Source: Myxococcales bacterium (lineage in GTDB: Bacteria > Myxococcota_A > Bradymonadia > REDH01). Taken from it: DNA of 64,000 bases. Below, one piece after another: positions 12,382 through 21,884 of the stretch. The notes under the pieces were generated by a model that was given only the letters and a program-made list of their open reading frames with translations, was not told the origin of the DNA and made no database searches. Both the position numbers and the translations under genes were made by a program. Within the stretch, counting starts at the first letter, position 1, and every line of letters begins with the position of its first letter. The stretch covers positions 1,203-65,202 of the forward strand of contig CANMDT010000001.1 in assembly GCA_947496715.1 (NCBI GenBank), given 5' to 3'.

Positions 12382-13041
12382 ATGCAAGACCGTCGCAGCT
12401 TTCTTCAACGCCTCGCCCTCTCGACGGGCGCCGTCATCCTGATGCCCGCGGTGAGCCGCTGTGGCGCGCCGCAGGCAGCCGCGCCTGCAGCTCCGGTCCG
12501 AGACCCGAACGAGCCCATCCGCACCGAGCCGGCCGGCTGGGATGCGATCGCCTACAACCGGGAGCGCGGCAACGCGGGCTTCATCCCGGCGACCTACCAG
12601 GCCGCGATCAATGCAGAGACGGGACCAAAGGAGGCGCTCGGCAAGCACCTCCCCTATCTGCCGGAGGTGGGCAGCGTGCCGGCGGGCTTCATGGCAGTGA
12701 TGTGGGGTGATCCGTCGAAGGGGTATGCCCGCCATCCCAACGCGGTGAAGAGCGAAGCCAACAACCATGTGGGCCACTGGTACAACTGGATCAAGGTCCG
12801 GAAGGCCGACGAGGCCGAGACGGAGGAGCTGCAGAGCAGCTACTCCGACTGGCCGGGAACGGCGACGGGCGACAACGGCGCCTACGCTGTCTTTGGCGAG
12901 GGCGACATCACCGCCGACGGTGGCAAGAACACCATCTACCTCGCCGCGATCCCGGCGGGGGTGAAGTCGGGAGACAGGGTCCGCGTCTGGGCTCACTGTC
13001 TGACGCACGGCGAGTATGTGGCCTTCCTCACCGTCCCGTAA
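12382..13041 (+). CDS. Tat-exported superoxide reductase/desulfoferrodoxin-like protein
   Basis: RRSFL Tat motif; KHLP, RHP, GHWYNWI and HCLTHG match the 4His/1Cys iron-site layout of SOR. Confidence 0.6.
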   Translation: MQDRRSFLQRLALSTGAVILMPAVSRCGAPQAAAPAAPVRDPNEPIRTEPAGWDAIAYNRERGNAGFIPATYQAAINAETGPKEALGKHLPYLPEVGSVPAGFMAVMWGDPSKGYARHPNAVKSEANNHVGHWYNWIKVRKADEAETEELQSSYSDWPGTATGDNGAYAVFGEGDITADGGKNTIYLAAIPAGVKSGDRVRVWAHCLTHGEYVAFLTVP

Positions 13042-13113
13042 CGGGACTGCCGCGGGCGACGCGCAGCGCGTCGTCTGGCTGTTTGCAAGTTGCGGAAAAC
13101 TCGGCGATGCCGT

Positions 13114-13143
13114 TTGACCTTGGGGGGGCGGAATGACTAATCC
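13114..13143 (+). promoter_or_regulatory. Possible sigma70-type promoter of the desaturase-uup operon
   Basis: TTGACC-N18-TAATCC upstream of GTG 13190. Confidence 0.3.
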
Positions 13144-13189
13144 CCGCGCACTCGTCAGGCAGTCCCTCACGAGCCCTCCGGAGAGAGCC

Positions 13190-14272
13190 GTGTCGACATC
13201 CAGCATCTGGTCCCGCTTCCGTCCCCGTCCCCGCAACACGCTCTTCCTCGGCATCCACATCGCGACCCCGATCGTGGCCTGGATGGCGGGCTTCAGCTGG
13301 TTCGGCCTCCTCCTCGCGCTTGTGGTCTACTATGTGCGGGTGTTCGGCATCACGGCCGGCTACCACCGCTACTTCTCACACCGCGCCTACAAGATGGGGC
13401 GCGTGACGCAGTTCCTCATGGCCTTCCTTGCGCAGACCGCCTGCCAAGGGGGCGTGCTCTGGTGGGCTGCCCACCACCGCCAGCACCACCGCTACTCCGA
13501 CCAGCCCGGCGATGTTCACAGCCCCAAGCTCGACGGCTTCTGGTACGCCCACATGGGCTGGATGCTGGTCGAAGAGACCGACACCACAGACATCGAGCGG
13601 GTGAAGGACTTTGCGAAGTTCCCGGAGATCCTCTGGCTGGAGAAGTATGCGATTGTGCCGCCGCTGCTGCTCGCCATCGCGCTCTACGCAACGTGCGGTC
13701 TCACGGGGCTTGGCTGGGGCTTCGGCGTCTCGACTGTGGCGCTCTGGCACGGCACGTTCTGCGTCAACTCGCTCGCCCATGTCATGGGCCGTCGTGTCTA
13801 CGAGACCACCGACACGTCGCGTAACAGCGCGCTGATCTCCACCTTCACCATGGGCGAGGGCTGGCACAACAACCACCACCACTACCAGCGCTCCGCGGCG
13901 CAGGGTTGGCGCTGGTATGAGTTCGACCCCACCTACTGGATCCTCAAGGTCATGCAGTTCGTGGGGCTTGCCTCCGGCGTGAGCCGTCCGCCGCGCCACG
14001 TCATCGAGAACACCATCGCCCGCGTCTCGGAGCGGGCCAAGGAGCTCCGCGAGGGGCTGGCGCAGCGGGCTGAGTCGCTTGCGGCTGCCGTGCAGTCGGC
14101 TCGTGGGTCGGCGCCCGAAGAGCGCGTTCGCCAGCTACTGCAGAGCGCCGAGGAGCTCCGCACGGAGATGCTGGCGCTGCGGGATGAGAAACTGGCCCAC
14201 ATGGCCGAGCGCGTCGATGCGCTGGTTCACGAACTGGAAGCCAGAATGTTGGGCGAAACGAGCGGAGTGTAA
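13190..14272 (+). CDS. Acyl-CoA (delta-9) fatty acid desaturase with C-terminal coiled-coil extension
   Basis: His boxes HRYFSH, HRQHH and HNNHH; start may be 13133 or GTG 13190. Confidence 0.88.
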   Translation: MSTSSIWSRFRPRPRNTLFLGIHIATPIVAWMAGFSWFGLLLALVVYYVRVFGITAGYHRYFSHRAYKMGRVTQFLMAFLAQTACQGGVLWWAAHHRQHHRYSDQPGDVHSPKLDGFWYAHMGWMLVEETDTTDIERVKDFAKFPEILWLEKYAIVPPLLLAIALYATCGLTGLGWGFGVSTVALWHGTFCVNSLAHVMGRRVYETTDTSRNSALISTFTMGEGWHNNHHHYQRSAAQGWRWYEFDPTYWILKVMQFVGLASGVSRPPRHVIENTIARVSERAKELREGLAQRAESLAAAVQSARGSAPEERVRQLLQSAEELRTEMLALRDEKLAHMAERVDALVHELEARMLGETSGV

Positions 14273-16113
14273 TGGCACTGATTCAACTCCGGGGGATTCA
14301 TCTCTCATTTGGCTCGGCACCCGTGCTGAACGATACCTCGTTTTCCATTGAGCGGGGTGAGCGGGTGGGGTTGCTGGGCCGGAATGGCGCGGGAAAGACG
14401 ACGCTACTCCGCATGATTGAGGGCGTGCTGCTGCCCGAGCAGGGCGTGGTGGAGCGGCCCGATTCACTCCGTGTTGCGCGGTTGATTCAGGAGATCCCCT
14501 CGGACGACTCGGCCTCGGTCTGGGAGCTGGTGGCGGGCGCCTTCGGAAGCGCGGGGCGCGACGCTGCAGCGATGCGGGCCGGCGGCGATGCGATCGGAGA
14601 CCCCTCAGCGGCCTGGGCCGTAGCACCCGCTGTCGAGACGGCTATCGCGCGGCTCGGCCTCGATCCCGACCAGCCCTTCGCGACACTCTCGGGCGGCCTC
14701 AAGCGGCGTGCCGCACTGGCCCGCGCGCTGGCCACCGACCCCGACATTCTGCTGCTCGACGAGCCCACGAATCACCTCGATGTCGAGGCGATCGAGCAGC
14801 TCGAGACGCTGCTCATGCGCGAATCGCAGCGCGGGCTGCTCTTTGTGACCCACGACCGGGCCTTCCTCGAGCGGATCGCCAACCGCATCGTCGAGCTCGA
14901 CCGCGGCAAGCTGACCTCCTGGGATTGCGGCTACCGCACCTATCTGGAGCGGCGTGAACGGCAGTTGGCAGAAGAGGAGGCAGTGGGCATCCGGCTCGAC
15001 AAGCGCATCTCTGAAGAGGCCGAATGGGCGAGCAAGGGTGTGGCGGCGCGCCGGACCAAGTCGGTCGGCCGTCTCCGCGCGCTCGAACAGCTCCGTGCGG
15101 TGCGGGCCTCGCAGCGCAAGCGGCCGGGCGAACTCAAGATGGCCATTCAGGAGGCGGCGAACTCAGGCAAGCTGGTCTGTGAGACCCAGGCGCTCAGCTT
15201 CGGCTACGAGGGTCGTCCTCCGCTGATCCACGAACTCACCACCTTCATCATGCGCGGCGACCGCATCGGCATCATCGGGCCGAATGGCTGCGGAAAGACC
15301 ACGCTCATCCGCTGCCTGCTAGGCGAGCTCGAGGCGACCTCGGGACAGGTCCGCACCGGTACGCGGCTCGAGGTTGTCTACTTCGATCAGACGCGCGAGT
15401 GGCTCGACCCCGACCGCTCCGTCGTCGACACCGTGGCCGACGGCAACGACCGGGTCACGGTCGACGGCCGGCCCCGCCATGTGCACGGCTACCTGCAGGA
15501 CTTCCTCTTCTCTTCGGAGCGTGCCCGTGTGCCGGTTCGACTCCTCTCCGGCGGCGAGCGGGCCCGACTGCTGCTCGCGCGCCTCTTCCTCAAGCCCTCG
15601 AATGTGCTTGTCCTCGACGAGCCGACGAACGACCTCGACACCGAGACGCTCGAGCTGCTCGAGCAGCTGCTGTCGAACTACCCGGGCACCGTGCTCGTTG
15701 TCAGCCACGACCGGGCCTTCCTCAACGAGGTGGTCACCAGCACGCTCGTCTTTGAGGGCGACGGCCGCATCGGCGACTACCCGGGCGGCTACGACGACTG
15801 GCTCCGTCAGCGTCCCGAACCGGCCACGAAACAGAGTGAGAAGAAGGCCCTCATCGCCGCAGGGAAGCTCCCGGCGCCCAAGGTGCAGATGTCCTTCAAG
15901 GAGAAGAAGGAGCTCGAAGAGCTACCCCGCCGCATCGAGGTGCTGGAGAAGGAACAGAGCACGCTGAGCGCCCTGCTCGCTGACCCCGTCTTCTATGCAA
16001 AACCAGCGAGAGAGACCCGGCCGACCATGGACCGCGTGACCGCTATCGAAGCAGAGTTGGCCAAGATATACGTGCGCTGGGAGGCGCTCGAGGCGAAGGC
16101 GAACCCAGTCTAG
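14272..16113 (+). CDS. uup: ABC-F ATPase Uup
   Basis: Two ABC domains (GRNGAGKT, GPNGCGKT; LSGG; DEPTN) and C-terminal coiled coil ending RWEALE. Confidence 0.88.
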   Translation: MALIQLRGIHLSFGSAPVLNDTSFSIERGERVGLLGRNGAGKTTLLRMIEGVLLPEQGVVERPDSLRVARLIQEIPSDDSASVWELVAGAFGSAGRDAAAMRAGGDAIGDPSAAWAVAPAVETAIARLGLDPDQPFATLSGGLKRRAALARALATDPDILLLDEPTNHLDVEAIEQLETLLMRESQRGLLFVTHDRAFLERIANRIVELDRGKLTSWDCGYRTYLERRERQLAEEEAVGIRLDKRISEEAEWASKGVAARRTKSVGRLRALEQLRAVRASQRKRPGELKMAIQEAANSGKLVCETQALSFGYEGRPPLIHELTTFIMRGDRIGIIGPNGCGKTTLIRCLLGELEATSGQVRTGTRLEVVYFDQTREWLDPDRSVVDTVADGNDRVTVDGRPRHVHGYLQDFLFSSERARVPVRLLSGGERARLLLARLFLKPSNVLVLDEPTNDLDTETLELLEQLLSNYPGTVLVVSHDRAFLNEVVTSTLVFEGDGRIGDYPGGYDDWLRQRPEPATKQSEKKALIAAGKLPAPKVQMSFKEKKELEELPRRIEVLEKEQSTLSALLADPVFYAKPARETRPTMDRVTAIEAELAKIYVRWEALEAKANPV

Positions 16114-16182
16114 CGCAGCGTCTCCGCGAACCTTCTCCCGCGGGGCTGCATCTCAGCGGATACACTCCCTGAGGACCATAAC

Positions 16183-17367
16183 ATGCGTCAGCTCTCCTTT
16201 ACGCTGCTCCTCTGCCTTGTTGGGTGCTCCGACGAGTCTGCCGACCTTCCTGCAGGCAACGACGCCGGCGGCAGCACCGATACCGCCGAAGACGCCTCCG
16301 CGACCGACAGTTCGGCCGACGCGACGGATGGGTCAGGCGCAACGGACACCAGCGGCAGCGGCTCAGGAGAGCCCGCGCAGGGCATCATCTCCACGGAGAG
16401 TTTCCCGCTGCCCGAGAGCCTGCCCGGCGGCATCTTCATTCAGCCCCGACTTGTCTGTAGCCCGCCGGTGGCTGGCGACGCCCCCGCGGAGGGCGACTCG
16501 GTCTGTACCTACACCGCCATCTCGGCCTGCACCGAGCCCGGCCGCGACTTCGCCGACTACGGCCGCTGCGACATCGTTCGGACCCAGCGCCCCTACTCGG
16601 CGCAGCCTCCCGTTATCCGGAGTGACGCCGCCGACCCGCGGCTCGACGACCCTGCCTTCCTGTCGGAACTCGACTGGGTGACCTCGCAGGTCAAGGCCTG
16701 CGCCTGCGTCTGTTGCCATAGCTCGGAGCTGGCGCCCGAAGGCCCCTCCGACTGGCACCTCGAGGCCTCGGCCATCTGGACCGACTCGGTCTCTGACGAT
16801 GGCGTCGCGCTGCTCGCCGGGCTCGTCGATTCGTCTGCCTTCGGCGCCTATCCGCCCGAGCAGAACTTTGGCTTCGAGCGTGTTCGTACTGCGCTGCCGA
16901 GCACCGAGCCGGACCGGATGAAGACCTTCTTCCTGGAGGAGTATCTGCGGCGCGGCCACGTGGAGTCTGAGGCTGCGGCCATTGCACCCTTCGGCGGGCC
17001 GCTCGTCACCCAGGCCACCTACGAGCCCCGCGCCTGTGCCGGCAGCATCGGCGTAAAGGCCGATGGTACCATCCGCTTCACCGGCTCGGCCCGCTACCTC
17101 TACCTGCTCGAGATCGGCTCGGCGAACCCCGGCGTGCCGCCCAACCTCGACACCCCCGCCGGCACCATCTGGCGCGTCGATGTGCCCGAGACGGCTCCTG
17201 CGCTTCGCGGCGCGGTCACCTACGGCTTCGTCCCGGTCGGCGCTGCGCAGCGGGTCCCCGCCAGCGGTGCGCCTCGTGCGCTCACGGTGGGAGAGCAGGT
17301 CTACCTCTACACGCTCGCCGACGTGGGCCTGCCGCTGACGCGCTGCATCGCGACCGTCGCCCCCTGA
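16183..17367 (+). CDS. Cys-rich lipoprotein with possible CxxCH heme site
   Basis: Lipobox LVGC, acidic linker, CACVCCH motif. Confidence 0.65.
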   Translation: MRQLSFTLLLCLVGCSDESADLPAGNDAGGSTDTAEDASATDSSADATDGSGATDTSGSGSGEPAQGIISTESFPLPESLPGGIFIQPRLVCSPPVAGDAPAEGDSVCTYTAISACTEPGRDFADYGRCDIVRTQRPYSAQPPVIRSDAADPRLDDPAFLSELDWVTSQVKACACVCCHSSELAPEGPSDWHLEASAIWTDSVSDDGVALLAGLVDSSAFGAYPPEQNFGFERVRTALPSTEPDRMKTFFLEEYLRRGHVESEAAAIAPFGGPLVTQATYEPRACAGSIGVKADGTIRFTGSARYLYLLEIGSANPGVPPNLDTPAGTIWRVDVPETAPALRGAVTYGFVPVGAAQRVPASGAPRALTVGEQVYLYTLADVGLPLTRCIATVAP

Positions 17368-17425
17368 GCTACTGCAAGGCCCCCTAGGCTCTGCTACTGC
17401 GTCTGCTTCCACCAGCGGAGGCCCC

Positions 17426-18655
17426 ATGCGCAGCCAGACTCTCACGCTCATCCTCATCGCCTTCACAGCAGGCTGCAGAGACGAGAGCGTCGGAACTGCC
17501 GACGCAGATACTTCGCTAGGCGCGGGAAGCGAAGACACAGGCACCAGCGCAGACACTGTCAGCAACGACAGCGGTGCAGACACGGGCAGCGAAGCCGATG
17601 GCTCCGGCGAAGGCTCTGCGCAGCCTCTCCTGCCCTCGCTGCGCCTCCGCGGCCCGCACACCTTTGCCACCACCGCAGACGAGCTCGTGGACGAGACGCG
17701 GCCCTTCCCTGCCGGCTCCGGCGAGACAGCGGAGCCCCGCCGCCTGCCGGTCACCATCTGGCACCCCACCGATGCGGCTGCTCCCGGCCCGGTCATCATC
17801 TGGGCGCACGGTCTTGGCAGCACTCGTTCGGACAACCGCAAGACCGCAGAGATCCTGGCCTCGCGCGGCTACATCGTGGCGGCCGCCGACTTCCCCAAGA
17901 CCAACCGTCTCGCGCAGCCGCCCGATGTCGCCGATGTGGTGAACCAGCCCGGCGACCTCAAACTCCTCGCCGACCGGGTGCTCGAACTCGGCGCCACCGC
18001 CGGTTCGCCGCTCGAGGGCCGCGTTGACCCGGAGAAGATGGCCTATGTTGGGCTCTCTCTCGGCGCGATGACGGTCATGCTCGCTGCCTGGCAGACGGAG
18101 TTCTACGACCCCCGCATCGACGCCGTGGTCGCCCTCGCGCCACCCTCCTGTTACATGCCGCGCCCGCTCTTCGAGACGCCCGCCGTCCCGGCACTCATCA
18201 TGCTTGGAACGGGCGACGCCATCGTTGACTACGCCTCCAGCGTCGCCTCGTTCGCAGAGATTCCGGCGCCGTCGCTCGTTGTGTCTCTCGAGCGGGGAAG
18301 CCACACCGCCTTTGCCGATGTGGTGAGCGACTTCTTCAACAATGTGCCCCACCCCGACGTCATCGGCTGCTCGAGCGTGGTCTCGGACATCGATGTGAGC
18401 ACCCTCGGCACGCTCGCTGAGTCACTCGGTGGCGCCTCCGCAGAGGTGGTCAACGCCGAATGTATCGCGCCCTGCTCGACGAATCAGACGGAGACACCTG
18501 CGATGCGGAGTGGCCGCCAGGCTGAACTTACGATCGCCTCGGTGGTCGGCTTCCTCGACGGCGTCTTTGTGCCGGGCGCGGCCTCCCTTGCCACGCTCGG
18601 AGCCGCGCTCGAATCCGAGCCCGACATCACGGTTGTGAGTCACCTCAACCCGTAG
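17426..18655 (+). CDS. Alpha/beta hydrolase lipoprotein (dienelactone hydrolase/PAF-acetylhydrolase-like)
   Basis: Lipobox TAGC; WAHGLG, LASRGYIV, GLSLG nucleophile, GTGD and GSH. Confidence 0.8.
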   Translation: MRSQTLTLILIAFTAGCRDESVGTADADTSLGAGSEDTGTSADTVSNDSGADTGSEADGSGEGSAQPLLPSLRLRGPHTFATTADELVDETRPFPAGSGETAEPRRLPVTIWHPTDAAAPGPVIIWAHGLGSTRSDNRKTAEILASRGYIVAAADFPKTNRLAQPPDVADVVNQPGDLKLLADRVLELGATAGSPLEGRVDPEKMAYVGLSLGAMTVMLAAWQTEFYDPRIDAVVALAPPSCYMPRPLFETPAVPALIMLGTGDAIVDYASSVASFAEIPAPSLVVSLERGSHTAFADVVSDFFNNVPHPDVIGCSSVVSDIDVSTLGTLAESLGGASAEVVNAECIAPCSTNQTETPAMRSGRQAELTIASVVGFLDGVFVPGAASLATLGAALESEPDITVVSHLNP

Positions 18656-18688
18656 CCCCGCGCTTGGGTGCGGCGGCGATGGCCAGGC

Positions 18689-18913
18689 TTAGGGAGCGAC
18701 GATGCGGCCTGCTGTGTCGCCGTTGCCGCCGGGCGTGTGGCAGGAGTTGCAGTCGCCGTTACTGGTTTCGGTCTCCATCGCATAGGTCTGCCCGTTTAGG
18801 GTGACCCGTGCTGTGTAGGGCATGACGACGCGGGAGCTGAGCGTGCTGAGGTAGAAATTGCCGGCGCTGTTCGAGGTGAGGCGTGTCAGCGGAGCCGTTG
18901 ATGTCGGCGCTCC
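18689..18913 (-). pseudogene. Remnant of a c-type cytochrome (CxxCH) protein, C-terminal part only
   Basis: Reads ...TSNSAGNFYLS...MPYTARVTLNGQTYAMETETSNGDCNSCHTPGGNGDTAGRIVAP*; in-frame TGA at 18914-18916 immediately upstream. Confidence 0.6.
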
Positions 18914-19148
18914 TCAGTCACAATCGGGACCGCTCGAACCACTTGCGGTGTCAGTGCCAGAGCTGGCGGTGAGCTGCATCGGCCTAATGCCGCGTCCCGA
19001 TTTCGGAAGACAGTGCCGTTGCTGCGGTGCGGGGTTGCACATCCCTTCGAGGCTACCGACGCTGCGTCACGTCGAGCGAGGTGCTGCGATGGGACTTAGT
19101 TGACCCGCTCGCCGCGCGGAGGCTACTTTGTGCATCAGGAGGTAGCTG

Positions 19149-21884
19149 ATGAGGGAGACCACCCCGGACAGGCTCGGCACCGGCGGGCAGCCCGCGGAGG
19201 GCGGCGAAGCGACGGTGGACGCGCGCCTCGGGACGGTGCTTGATACCTATCGGCTCGACGCCCTCATCGGCGAGGGGAGCGCGACACGGGTCTACCTCGG
19301 CACCGATCGGCGCGGTGCGCAGGTGGCCGTGAAGGTGCTCGACAGCAGGCACGCACGCGACCCGCGGATGCGCTGGCGCTTCTTCCGCGAAGCCTCCATC
19401 TCCGAGCAGATCTCCCATCCTGCATCGCTCAAGTATCTGCGCAAAGATGTGACCCGTGAGGGCGACCCGTTTGTGGTGGTCGAGCTGATTCGCGGCGCGC
19501 ATGGCGCGGCCGTCATCGCCGACGGTAGCGCTGGGCTGTCGGCCGTAACCGTGGCCTATCTGGGCCACATGGTGGCAGACTTCCTCGCCGCCTCGCACGC
19601 GCGTCGCATCCTCCATCGAGGCGTTACGCCCAAGTGCATCGTCATCACAGATACCGGCCGCCTCCGGGTGGCTGGGTTCGCCGGCGCCTTCGTTGCGGAC
19701 GAACAGGCGGAGCAGAACTCCCCCGACCTTATCACGGCGCCCAGCGCCTGGCGGGCGCCCGAATTGGTCGGGCTCTGCGCCACGCCAGGCGACCCACGGA
19801 GCGATGTCTTCGGCCTGTCGGCGACCCTCTACTCGCTGCTCACGGGCCATCCCCCGAAGGTCTGGGCAGAGCAGAGTTGGCAGCTGTCGATCGAGGCCGA
19901 GCGGCTCGAGTTGGCGGCGGGCCCGGCGCTTGCGCGGATCCTGCTGCAGGGGCTGTCGGAGACGCCGCTTGGTCGGCAGACGAGCTGTGCGATCCTACGC
20001 GACCAGCTGGCTGACTTTCTGGCAGCGGAGGGCGCGCCGGTGGTCACGGGCGAGCCCCATCCGGCGGAGGCCGCGCTGGCGGAGATCGGGGCGAGGTTTG
20101 CGGCGGCAGAGCGCGACATCCAATCCATCGACGCCAAGTCTTGGGAGACCGCGTCGAACCTGCGCGACCTGTTCCGGATGGTGGAGCACACGCTCTACTC
20201 GATGCACCGGCACGGTTGGGAACATGCAGAGACCGAGAGCCGCGTCGCGGGGCTGCTGAAGTCTCTCCACGCCATTGTGGGTGAAGACGTGGACGGCGTG
20301 CATTGGCAGGTGCGACCCTACTCCTTTGAGTTCAACGGTGACTCCGTCTGGGAGCCTGCACCGCCCCACGACGCGGTGCCCTACAACCTCTTCGACGCTG
20401 GCTTTCGCGAGCTCAGCCTACTTCCGGGCTTCGACGAAGAGGAGCTCCGAAGCTGGCTGACCTGGCTCTACATCAATCCGTCGGTCGAACTCGCAGACGA
20501 GGATGATCTCGCCACCGCCTTCTGGAACCTCGAGTTGCCGCACGCGCGTGCGAAACTGGTCAGCGCCGTCATCCTGCAGGACCTCAAGGAGTTCGAGGTG
20601 CTCGACCGCGAGCTGTCGGAGATGCAGACAGAGGCGCTCGCCACGCTCCGCGAGAGCATCCAGACCCGGATGCGCAAGCTCGGCGCGAAGCAGGAGCAGG
20701 CCGCCCCAACGCGGCGGCTGGGCGCGACAGACTTCGACATCAGCAGTCGGCCGGCGGCGGTGGCCATCCCCGAAGAGATGCTCGCGCTACTCCGCGACGA
20801 ACTCTTCGACTCCGAGGCAGAGCTCGGCGATGCGCTCGAGCACCATCTGGGCCGCACGCTGCTCGCGGTGATCATCGATGCGGGGCGTCACAACGACGAG
20901 GCGAGCATCATCGGCCACCTCGACAACCTGCTCGAAGACTGGGCGCGCCAGAAGAGTTGGCGGCGCATTCTCCGCCTTCACAGCTCCCTGCTTCGGCACG
21001 ACCCCGATGGCCAGACCGCGGCACCGCTGCTCGCTCGGTTCCTCGAACCGGCCATCTTGGCTGCAGTGCTGCGCGGCGTGAGTTCCGACCCAGATCCGGA
21101 GATTCATGTCCCCATCCGGCTCATGCTCGAGTCGCTGCACACGCTGCTGGAGCAGGCAGATGACGGCTGCTTCGACGAGGTCCTCGAGGCCGTCAAACGG
21201 TGCGGGCTGCCCGACGCGCTCGACATGCTGCTCCACCATATCTCACGCTTCTCGGACGGGCGAGAGACGGCCATCGCCGCCATCCTCCCCGACGTCTTTC
21301 CCGCGCTGGGCGTCGGCCTTATCCGTGTGCTCGCGATGCATCCCACGCGTGCCTCCCTCAACGCTCTGCTGGCTGCCTACGCGAACGGCGCGCCGCATGT
21401 GCGGCTCGAGGCGATGGATGTGCGGGCGCGACTGCTTCCGCAGGAGGTGACCGAGGAGCTCCGGCCGCTGCTCGATGATCGCGACCCGCGGGTGCGGGCG
21501 CGTGCCCACGAGATCGCCCGCAAGGCCAAGCTCTTCGGCCTCGCGTCGACGGTCATGGAGAAGCTGAACGGTCTCTCCTTCCACGACATGCCGCTCGTCG
21601 ATCGTCATGCGCTGGTCACCACGCTCTTCACAATCGCGCCGGAGCAGGCAGAGGCCTTCTGCATAGAACTCGCCGCGTCGCACGGCTTCTTGGAGAACCA
21701 GTCGCTCGATGTGAGCCGCAAACTCGCCGTCGACCTGCTCGCCGAGCACGCCCGCACGACCCAGGCAATCGAGGCCATCAAGGATGCCGCAAAGGGGCGC
21801 TGGTGGAACGCGCCCGAGCTGCAGGCCGCTGCGAAAGAGGCGGTGATCAAACTGACCGCGCGGCTCGGACCGGGGAGGGGCTGA
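19149..21884 (+). CDS. Ser/Thr kinase-like (pseudokinase) domain fused to HEAT-repeat region
   Basis: IGEGS..VY and VAVKVL present but HRD is HRG and DFG is GFA; C-terminal HEAT-like repeats (LLDDRDPRVRARA). Confidence 0.7.
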   Translation: MRETTPDRLGTGGQPAEGGEATVDARLGTVLDTYRLDALIGEGSATRVYLGTDRRGAQVAVKVLDSRHARDPRMRWRFFREASISEQISHPASLKYLRKDVTREGDPFVVVELIRGAHGAAVIADGSAGLSAVTVAYLGHMVADFLAASHARRILHRGVTPKCIVITDTGRLRVAGFAGAFVADEQAEQNSPDLITAPSAWRAPELVGLCATPGDPRSDVFGLSATLYSLLTGHPPKVWAEQSWQLSIEAERLELAAGPALARILLQGLSETPLGRQTSCAILRDQLADFLAAEGAPVVTGEPHPAEAALAEIGARFAAAERDIQSIDAKSWETASNLRDLFRMVEHTLYSMHRHGWEHAETESRVAGLLKSLHAIVGEDVDGVHWQVRPYSFEFNGDSVWEPAPPHDAVPYNLFDAGFRELSLLPGFDEEELRSWLTWLYINPSVELADEDDLATAFWNLELPHARAKLVSAVILQDLKEFEVLDRELSEMQTEALATLRESIQTRMRKLGAKQEQAAPTRRLGATDFDISSRPAAVAIPEEMLALLRDELFDSEAELGDALEHHLGRTLLAVIIDAGRHNDEASIIGHLDNLLEDWARQKSWRRILRLHSSLLRHDPDGQTAAPLLARFLEPAILAAVLRGVSSDPDPEIHVPIRLMLESLHTLLEQADDGCFDEVLEAVKRCGLPDALDMLLHHISRFSDGRETAIAAILPDVFPALGVGLIRVLAMHPTRASLNALLAAYANGAPHVRLEAMDVRARLLPQEVTEELRPLLDDRDPRVRARAHEIARKAKLFGLASTVMEKLNGLSFHDMPLVDRHALVTTLFTIAPEQAEAFCIELAASHGFLENQSLDVSRKLAVDLLAEHARTTQAIEAIKDAAKGRWWNAPELQAAAKEAVIKLTARLGPGRG

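Noticed and set aside
13190-14272. Desaturase as part of the putative lipid-signal pathway
   Set aside because: About 20 kb from the locus and coupled to uup; no evidence of linkage
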